Below, in pieces: positions 55,201-64,000 of a stretch of 64,000 bases of DNA. Position 1 is the stretch's first letter. Each line of letters opens with the position of its first letter. The position numbers and the translations under genes were made by a program. The notes under the pieces were generated by a model. It ran no database searches, was not told the DNA's origin, and saw only the letters and a list, made by a program, of their open reading frames with translations. This DNA comes from Phoronis australis (lineage: Eukaryota; Animalia; Phoronida): the NCBI GenBank assembly GCA_002633005.1, contig NMRA01000070.1, forward strand, positions 543,872 through 607,871. Direction: 5' to 3'.

Positions 55201-58200
55201 ATTGCACATTATGGTCCTTGGTGGGTGGTCTTTTCCAGTGCATTATTTCGTTTCAGAGAACTTGATGGGAAAGTCGTTTTTGTATCTGTTAATTAGGCCA
55301 AAACCAGGTTTGGTATCCATTTATTTTTTCTGTTTCTGTTTCTATGGTGACGTCAGAGGGTAGGCACCGGGATAGTCTCTGGCCCTCCTCCTTCCAGTAT
55401 CGCATGCAATGTAAATTTGGAGATGCAACCAAGTTCGTGCTGGTTATGTATTGAAATTTACTTGTGGGCTTTAAGTGGATTCATGCATCCTATGAAGCTC
55501 AAAGTCAGGAGAACCTTGATGACCATCTAAGCACGTTACTTACAGATCTAGATTTGGGCTAAAGCGCAATTTGAAACATCGAATGTTTTGAGGCTAATTT
55601 ATGCACTGCAGTCAAACTGACCAATATCAATGTGGCATTCTCTGAAGCATAAAAAGCCAGTGAAAACTAGGGTATTACAAATCCCATAGAATTGACTGGT
55701 AGGATTCAAGTGATCATATCCAGTCAACCAAGGCTGTAATATCATGTAGGTGACCATCTGCTCGCTAAACTGGCCGTTGATTTTTGATGGACGTTTTTTA
55801 CTTGTCTTCTCATATGTTGTAAATATACTTATGGCTCTTAAAATGTTACTAGAACAAAGTTGTCTACAGAATAGAAACTAAACTCATAGAGTAACCTAAT
55901 CAATTTAGGATGGGAGGTAAACGAATCATTTTCTCTTTTTTTTTCTTAAAATATAGTACCATACTCATCTGAGTTTGTGAGGAATATGCTTAAAGTTTAA
56001 ATTTCAAGAATCATGGGTAATGGGCGTTAAGCTGGGCATGGGGATTTCGAAGCAAAATTTTTGAGAATTTGGATTGGACATGATTGGGTGTCTGAGCTGA
56101 GTCGAGTATGGTTGTTGACATTAGAAACTTGGTCAGAGCCGTGGCTGTATGTAGTTTGTTAGTAGATTTCTACACAGATTGCGGTGAACAGAATCATTTG
56201 AGATCAGGAGCACCGATGTAGCTTCTTTTTGTGGAGCTGGACAATTAATGCATTAATGATGACTTCAGGACAATAAAATACGGGCTGAAATAAATTAAAA
56301 CTATCATGGATTTAAACTGGTGTTTTTTTCGACCTGTTTGACTTCTAAAATTGAATTCCCCGTGAAAACATTATATTGGAATCATTTTCTTTTGAAAAAA
56401 TATGACAAATATGAGCCAAAAACGACGTCATTGCTTCTATTTTGTTGATCAATTGACGTAACTAGGGCACATAACAGGTTTGTGACAAAAGATTACGAGA
56501 ACGCTTCACAATAGACTAGGTTGTTATCTGATCCGGTTTGGTGTTGAGTTGAAGCTGTACAGGAGGTGTTTGTAATGAGAAATAAATTTGTTGCATGCTA
56601 AGCTGATGTTGACCTATGAGTACATAGTAGCACGGAATTATGGCTTCATTATAATTCTTCGCCTATGTAGCACACAATATGGCTGACCAAAAGAATTTTG
56701 TTGTTTTATTAAATTTCCCCAGAAAAGTTAAGATTAATAACATCTAATATATTACAAGCATGTTTTGCAATATGTAGATGTCACAAAATAACATTAGCTA
56801 AAGTTCTCATTGTATGCAAAAAGGTAATCAGCCATTGAAAGTGGAAAATGACGATTTTGGCAATTTGTGCAAAATAAGCTGGGAATTACCATCACTGTTT
56901 TCAAGTACTGTACTACACTGCTACTTTAGAATATACCATATTTTGAGGAACAATAATTACTTGCTTCTGTCTTAAAGTGATGAAAGTTTGTCAAAGTATT
57001 CTACTACTCTTTTATACAGGCCAATCAGGTTTTGTTGAAGCACCTAGAGAAGGGATCCTTCATACTGCGCAGAAGTACCAAAGAGCAAAGATACACATTG
57101 TCGGTTGTGTAAGTTTTTTTGCCGGATAATTTTCCATTTGAATGGTGTTTTTGCGAGCTTCTAAAGATATAATAGCAACTGTTGAAGCTACAGTTGTGTT
57201 TATTGACAATTTGTAAATGGAAAAGCAAAAAAGCAGCCAATGAATGACCTTATTTCTCTGACGTATATATATATACCTCGCTGACACACCTAGCCCTCGT
57301 CATGCAGATGTCATTTCACAACACCATATCACAGTACTTACTGGACATGGTTTGGTGATTTGCCAACACTCAAAAATGAACAAGAGCAATGCGGAACGTT
57401 GAATTGCGCCCACGACTGCACCACAAACGGTGTGATTTTAGAAGTGTTAATTTGTATCATAAAAATGGCAATTTGATGGCTCAGAATGCATTGAGCCCGT
57501 CCAAAAATGGAAAGGTGTCGTCTCTCAAAATTATTTGCCAAATTTTATATAAAAAGGTCAAAAAATTCCAAACATACTACAGCAAATGTAATAAAAAACA
57601 AATTGCCATTAGGAACCACGGCACTAGTCAAATCCATCCATCTGCTGTCAAGTTAATAGGAATACAATGGCAGAATTAAAAAAAGACATCCTGTGGTTTT
57701 GCTAAAGTTACTGCCGTTGTTTCACAAGGTGCTACCTTACTTGAGAATGAATTTTAAAAAATTGAATGCAAAAATCCTGTCATCAGCAATAGCTTAACAA
57801 ATCAAACCACGAACTAAATTCTTGCTAAAGTTTAGTCCGTAAAAAACGATGATGCAGCTGGACAGACGTAGCTATAGCAGTTTTAATGTTATCTAGGACC
57901 CTGCAAAAATGTCCAAATTTGGCTTACGTTGGATCATATCTGAAAAATGGCAGGCCGTATTTTTAGGTAAACATTTATTAATTCAACCAACATGTATATA
58001 GTTTTACAGCAAAGTGAAATCTAATCAAGTCTATCAAACAAATTAAAACACTATCGAATCCTATAAAACTAATTACTTTGCAAAAAACAAGGCCACAATA
58101 TCAGAAATAGGACTTTTGTGATTTTACGAAAAAACTTTAAAGTTGAATAAACAAAAACAAAATGATCTTTTAGAAAAGCTGCAACACCATTTTTAAGATC

Positions 58201-59233
58201 TCGCCCAGAAAATTTATATCAAAAAGTTTGAGCTGAGTATTGATTGAATTGTTGGAAAACCGTTCAGACCAAGTGTATTTGATAGGATCTGCTTGTGGAA
58301 TGATTGTAAACTACAACTTATTCTGAGGAATAAACCATTACTCTGCTGTCAGCAGCTCGGCATGCCAAATTTGTGCAATCTTGTAATCATGTTGTTGACT
58401 TCTTTTGTAGGTACTCGGAGAAGATGATTCACCATGTCACAATAAAAAGGAAAAATTTCAAGTTTTTTCTTGTCAAAAGCCAAAAATTTGATTCCATTGA
58501 TGATCTGGTGAGCTTTTACAAGTGTACTGATATTTTTCATGCACATTACAAACCATTCCGTCTTGTGCGTGGTGTTGAGAAATCAACACTGCCACCAAGA
58601 CCCTCAAAGAGACCGAGAACAAACAACTCAATAGTAGACAATGGTTTCCCATCCTCTCATTTAAATGACCAAAGTGACTTGAAGACCACCACATGCAGCT
58701 TCTGTGATAACAACAATGAGAATACTCCACCATGGCCACCAAAACCCAAACCCAGTTTGGATGTACAACCTGTTCCAGATCATATGACGTGTCCACTGCC
58801 ATTGCCCACTAGCAAAAGTACAAATGCCTGGTGCACTGATTTGTCTGTGTTCATAAAATCTTACGGAGAAGGCATCTGTTACGAATCATTGTACTCCGAA
58901 GTGAAAGATAACCAGAAAGATAGAACTGATGAGTTGATCAAGATGTTGATCGAACGTGATCAACTCGAACTACAGACGATCAAGTGCGAGTGTGGTGTTT
59001 ACCACAAGGACTCTCAATTGGCAGACGGCTGGACGGTACATCGAAGCCGGGATGTAAGGACAGAAGGTCAACTGTTTTTTACTTCATCAGATGGAGTGAC
59101 CAGCTGGACATTGCCGGACAAAGTCTGGTTTAAACTGACCCCTGAACATGTGAGGATCTTAACACAACTGGCCTATGAGTTTAATGCTCCTGTACCAGTA
59201 CCAGTTGAATACCTTCAGTCTCCTCAATATTGA
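52235..59233 (+). CDS. SH2 + Pro-rich + WW domain adaptor protein (323 aa, 3 coding exons)
   Basis: Exons 52235-52294 (gccATG; MNMEPIHLPYYHPGISSPDE), 57020-57108 (ANQVLLKHLEKGSFILRRSTKEQRYTLSV) and 58411-59233, with matching phases 0 and 2. Spliced, they form a full SH2 (PYYH..IS..EA..LL..GSFILR.S..YTLSV..IHHVTI..F.SI.DLV.FY) and a C-terminal WW-like motif LADGW...G.LFF...GVTSWTLP. Confidence 0.85.
52315..53786 (+). mobile_element. HINE/Helentron-type element, copy 3 (longest), with a nested MITE
   Basis: 5' TTTTTATGTGCCCACATATTTATATGTGG hairpin, CGTCCGG repeats and tandem modules. 3' end is GTGGGCGCAT + CAAC..GCGTTG + CTCTTGTT. Confidence 0.8.
53056..53198. mobile_element. Short CAG...CTG MITE with 5-bp TSD (hAT5-like); second copy at 54867-55024
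   Basis: gacgc|CAGGGGCGGATCCAG ... TAAATCCGCCACTG|gacgc. The second copy is flanked by atgtg and aagtg. Confidence 0.75.
54190..54554 (+). mobile_element. THAP-remnant MITE (ISL2EU-like), copy 3
   Basis: TIRs AGAGCCGTCCCGGATTACAC and reverse-complement AGGGCCGTCCCTGACTACAC. Encodes MPTKYYCCAVGCNSNVRKFDKLDKYLWTCDLKFFAF from 54358. Confidence 0.75.
57379..57650 (-). mobile_element. HINE 3'-end fragment, copy 4
   Basis: AACAAGAGCAATGCGGAACGTTGAATTGCGCCCAC matches the 3' terminus of copies 1-3. Confidence 0.7.
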
Positions 59234-61559
59234 AAATAGTGAACTACTTGTCACAGTGTTGGTGTGTTGCCAATAGGGGGCGCAACTTAGGGGTGTCAGA
59301 CTTCCTAAAATTGAAAACTTTGTCTGGTATCATATGGAAATCCTACGTCGTGGTAAAAGTCAATGGTCACGTATTGTATAAAACTGTTAATTTCTAAATT
59401 CTTTCTCATTGATGCAAATGTCATTTTAAACACATTATATATTTATTTGCACAACAGGCTAGTTGTTCTTTATTAGCATTTTAGAAAAATATATCTATGG
59501 GTCAATTGACCCACATGTCCTCAAATCTATGGATCAAATTTGTAGACCTATGGGTCATCAATTTGTGTCTGCCATTCATGCATTCACCGGTTTTTCTGGT
59601 ATTACTTGCATGCTTTAACTTTACTTTTGAATTGACCCCCTCACGTAGGGCATAGAGACCAGTACCTGTCTGCTACTGACTGATGAGACACAAGCGGTAA
59701 TCACATGCCTTTGTTTAAACAAAAACAGTGTAAATTTGAGACCAAATTTTTAAAGTTAGTTTCTCCAACAAAGATGAGAAACCCAATACTTTTTTAGCAT
59801 TGTTAGAGAAATATGCCCCTGTAACATGGGTTAAAGGGTATACTAAAACTGGATTATTTGTTAAATTTTTTTGATTCACACAAGGCTAGAAAAATTGCTG
59901 TGTTGGAAAACATACGCCAGGTGCACATATTGCTGTCAAAACTAGAGATAGCTTTTTGAGTCTCATCAACATTTGCAACGCCAATAACTGAATCAAGTAG
60001 ACTGTAATGCTTATCATATCAAGTAGAGAATATCAGGTGTATCACCTAGAAGATAACGCCGCATCAAGTAGAGCCAAGCAAGAAACACAAGACTGATTTT
60101 TTATCAATGGGCAATTTATTTCTCATATATTAAATTACTCCTATACTGATTTGACGGTCCTGTAACATTCCAAATTTTTATAATTATGCGAACCTCAAAG
60201 GTTTGCTTCAATGGTGAGGTGTTGTGCATTAGTCCATAAACTTATACTTAACACATTCACACATTTTGAAATTGCCGTTTGCGACTTCACACAAAATTTT
60301 AGCACTCTACATACTTCAGATTGCCAGTAGTAGGTTAGCTCGACATTGCAAACGTAATTTATATGAAGATTATTCTCTGCATCTAGATCGAAACTCATGA
60401 TGGAATTTCTGTTCTCGTCACGAGCGTGGCAGCCCTCGTGTCTTGTCGGTCATCTAAGAGTCAATTGTCAGTGGCTAGTTACCATTCAGTTTCACTCTCA
60501 CTTAGTTGAATCAGTACACTAGGTTTTACATTATAATAAAATATAATTATTGTAAGGAGGGTTGCAAAGTTCGGTGGCTCTGCCACCGGCGACTACAATT
60601 AAAGGGGGGGACACCGATTTTTTAAGTCCTTTTGGATTGACAAAAACTACCTAGTGGAATTTGCTCAAATTCGGGTAGAATAATTAGAGATTTTCTTGCT
60701 TTCGATTTTCATGAAAATTCACTGAAGTATCATCAGTTTCTCAACTGGTTAGACTACAGTAGTGAAACGGTCACGTGACACTCATAGATACATAAATAAG
60801 TAAATCAGAATCCATGACATGGTAAAACAATATGACAACTAAAAGTACACGGATCGCGAATTGCATGTCGGTTGATAAGACGCAAGAATTTATTTCAAAT
60901 TCGTAATTCAATGTATGGAATTTTTAGGCAATTCCCGAAGGGTTGCTCACAGAAGAATACGCGAAGACGGGGTATACTGCGAGGGTTTGGGTGCCCTCCC
61001 TTTAAAACGATTCCAAAATTCATTCGTGTATCATTTATTCTGGTGGAAGTCTGTCACGGTTTATGAGCAGAAATTTCCACTCCAGAAATCTTTTTTCGAT
61101 TGACAGTTCGTGTACGTTGAGAAGGGACATTCGTTAGACATGCAAACTGTACACGGTCATTCAAAAATCACGTCTGACAATTTGATACAGGGTGTTTCGT
61201 ACGAACAATTCCTAATAATACTTTCCTCATTTAAAAGATACTATTGTAAGGATTAAATATTAAATTTTTTATCTTCACAAAAGATCTAAGGCATGCTTAC
61301 GATTCTTGTCATCAATACTATTTTTTATTTCTGAAAAAATGATGCATTTTTTATTTGCGCCTCCTGTCGTGATGTCGTTGCGCTTCGCATGAACACAATC
61401 TGTGCCATTATTTTCCTGGCCAATTTGAATTTTGTTTTACATCCACTCGTACATAGTTAGCTACCTGAATGAGATTACATTATTCTCATCCAGTACACAT
61501 AGGCCACCTGTCCCTTCCACATGCAGTAAGCAAATTTTCAATTTGACACTATACAGTCT

Positions 61560-62690
61560 GTCTAACCACAATTCAACATTTAATAGAAACGATCAACGCT
61601 TTTCAGCAAAAAAACAAAAACTTCGCAACATTTCTTAACACATTTGACAACTTTCTGACTGATTTACGAACAATGAAAGAGACAGCTGGAATTTTAAGAC
61701 CGCGTACTGGGGACACACACGTAAAAAGTAGTACTCGTTTTCAAATTCTCCACTGTCACAGCATGGACATAGACTACCTTCTCTTTGCATTTCAAAATAT
61801 CGACCCAGCTCTATCATCATTGAATGATTTGAGCACCTATATGTGCCAGGGAAATCCTCAAACATAGTGCGTCTATCTCCAATAGAATTTTCCAGTGTGA
61901 GACTTAACTTAAACAGCTTATATGTACGTAAGTTAGTAGACAATCAGACAGCTTCTTAGCACATTTGATTTTCTACATCTATACAACGCTGTCGAAATTT
62001 ACATAAAAATCCAAGCTCGTCACCCACGCCCTGTGAATACCAAACAATACCATATCCATATAAATATAATATATTTTCACTTCCAGAGCTTAACAGTTTC
62101 TGTTTTTCTTTGCCATTTCATATCGAACAGAATGGCACATTGTTACATATCTATTTGGTGCATTTTAAATAACTTTAACCAGAATTTTAACAATTTCATT
62201 AGCTTTTCGTTCTCATAGTAATCCTTCCTAATTCACCTCGAGCAACAATATTTGAAGTAATCCGTCCAAGCCGTGACAGGAATTTACAAAACTTAGTGTG
62301 CACTAAGTCAATGTCATTTTCCGCCAAATACTGAAGAATTGTAGGTAATTTTACATCAAATAACTTGACATACACATTAAATCTAGGCATGTACTTTTTC
62401 AACAAGAATAACGCTTTAGGCGCTTGATCTGACCGACTTTCTGTGCACTTGTCCATACTTTGGGTGAAGTTAATGCCGAGAAATTTATATTCAGAAACCA
62501 CTTCAAAGGCACAGCCATCAAAATGCCACGGCTAGTAATTTCTCAGTTATCCACCATTTCTAAAAACAATAATTTTGGTTTAAGACATGTTAAAAGTAAG
62601 TTGCCATTTTTTACAATAATTATGTAAATTATAATCACCTGCAAATTCACAGCTGTCTTTGCAAACAAATTCAAGTGCTGGATATCTGTG
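61560..62690 (-). mobile_element. Decayed 5'-truncated LINE (RTE-X-like ORF2: late RT and C-terminal zinc finger)
   Basis: Frameshifted fragments YCKKWQLTFN, VSEYKFLGINF, ARGELGR, NLRTYKLFK and RCSNHSMMIELGRY...CPCC...ENEYYFLRVCPQY. Confidence 0.8.
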
Positions 62691-63045
62691 GTGTAAAGGG
62701 GCATTTGTCCGGACTGTGCCTCCAAGAGACTCAATTCCGTTTGAGAAGCGGATCGTTGATAATTCCAAACAACGTTTTTGGAGATCATTGACTGAAACAA
62801 TGGTATCTGAAAGCTTATAATGAATGCAAACAGCCATTTCTGGAACATGATGCTCCGAAGTTAGCAAAATTTGGAATTTTTCTAAAGCCCTGTATAACCT
62901 CAAAACCTCTACGACACACTACGAGCTAAGTCTATGTATTTCAAAATTCCCTATGAAATTGAACGAGACGAACAAAATGAGTCTAGTGGCTGAATGATCA
63001 GGACCTTATGATCGTTTTGCTGTAAAACTATGAGTAGATGAGCCA

Positions 63046-63610
63046 GTGCCTTCTTGTAATTTAAATATGTTGAACTCGAGTTTTGAGCAAACTGGAAGGC
63101 GGTTGAAATTCCAGTTGAACCGGATTTGTGCTGTGATACATCGAGATAGACGAATCACCATCTTCTTCAGTCATCCAGGTACAAAAAATTACCAAAGCCG
63201 TGTGTGCGTCCTTGCATTCTCCAACGATAACTCGCGGATCATCGTTTCAATGACAGTACTGAAGAAACACTGGCAACCAAATGCCAAAAGCCTCAACGAG
63301 TTTGTGCACAAAATCAATTTAAACTGGACAATCTCCATCTTTATCATAAGCCGAGCCCACAGAGAACGGCCAGAGATGCGTCAAGAACAATGACACCAGT
63401 GGCTATATCATCATTTTCCCGACTACTGGATGTATTCTTTGCCCTGAACCGCCCGAATTACGCTAGATGGGTAACATTGTTTTACCAAAAGTTGAAGTTC
63501 GCAGACCCAATATTACATGAAGCGCTCAAACGGTGCGTTCTCAGAGCTACGTACAAGGAAGAATTTCAGTAGATCGACTGTTGACCTCTCTTTGGAACAG
63601 TCCGCATTTT
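63046..63610 (+). pseudogene. Decayed DNA-transposase fragment (Academ-like)
   Basis: Frameshifted FFALNRPNYARW ... GAFSELRTRKNFSRSTVDLSLEQ resembles a motif block I recall from large invertebrate Academ-type transposases. The family assignment is tentative. Confidence 0.5.
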
Positions 63611-64000
63611 TTATGTTTGATATGGTGTTATCCAAAAAGGCCGAAAACACCTCTGGAATAATAGCCAATGTCACAATATCACTTGCCCCTCACTTACGGG
63701 AAATGTTGTGTCATTTACGAGACGTCTTTAAATTTACTTAAGGATTTTTTTTAGTCATCGCGTTACCGGGTATTGGCTACCAGTTTTTGAATGATCGATA
63801 GTCAATGAAGATTAAGACAAGTACAAACACCACGCCACCTGTTTTTATAAAACACCGTTATAAACAAACGACCAGTTTTAAAAAAGCAAAAATTTCATTC
63901 AAAAGTTTAATTTTTAAATGTCCATGAAAAATACACACAAAATAAGAAAATACTAAGAGCTGTTTTTCTCGATTTTACCAAGCATGCTGATTGATAAAAT

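Noticed and set aside
55890-55916. Alternative microexon (SNLINLGWE) for the SH2 gene
   Set aside because: The acceptor is weak, and exon 52235-52294 already supplies a canonical SH2 N-terminus in the correct phase.

Overview
This is eukaryotic, intron-rich, AT-rich DNA from an invertebrate animal, probably a bilaterian; the lineage cannot be fixed from sequence alone. It is a draft assembly with N-gaps. Three spliced protein-coding genes were reconstructed by hand from GT-AG boundaries and codon phase. (1) The last 7 exons of MCM2 (+, 218-4600); one intron holds a box C/D snoRNA predicted to methylate U6 snRNA C60 (SNORD67-like). (2) A complete MET/RON-family receptor tyrosine kinase (-, 40973-11041) with 19 coding exons and about 1344 aa: signal peptide, Sema, PSI, 4 IPT, TM and kinase. 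(3) A 323-aa SH2 / Pro-rich / ITIM-like / WW adaptor (+, 52235-59233), head-to-head with the receptor across a compact putative bidirectional promoter near 50.0-50.6 kb. Introns carry many non-autonomous DNA transposons: Helentron-type HINEs with arrays of CTCF-like motifs, THAP-remnant MITEs with AT TSDs, CWG-TSD MITEs, CAG-terminal MITEs with 5- and 6-bp TSDs, and a 436-bp foldback. There are also tRNA-derived SINEs and minisatellites, plus a decayed LINE and a transposase remnant at the right end. Most short ORFs in the supplied track are spurious.
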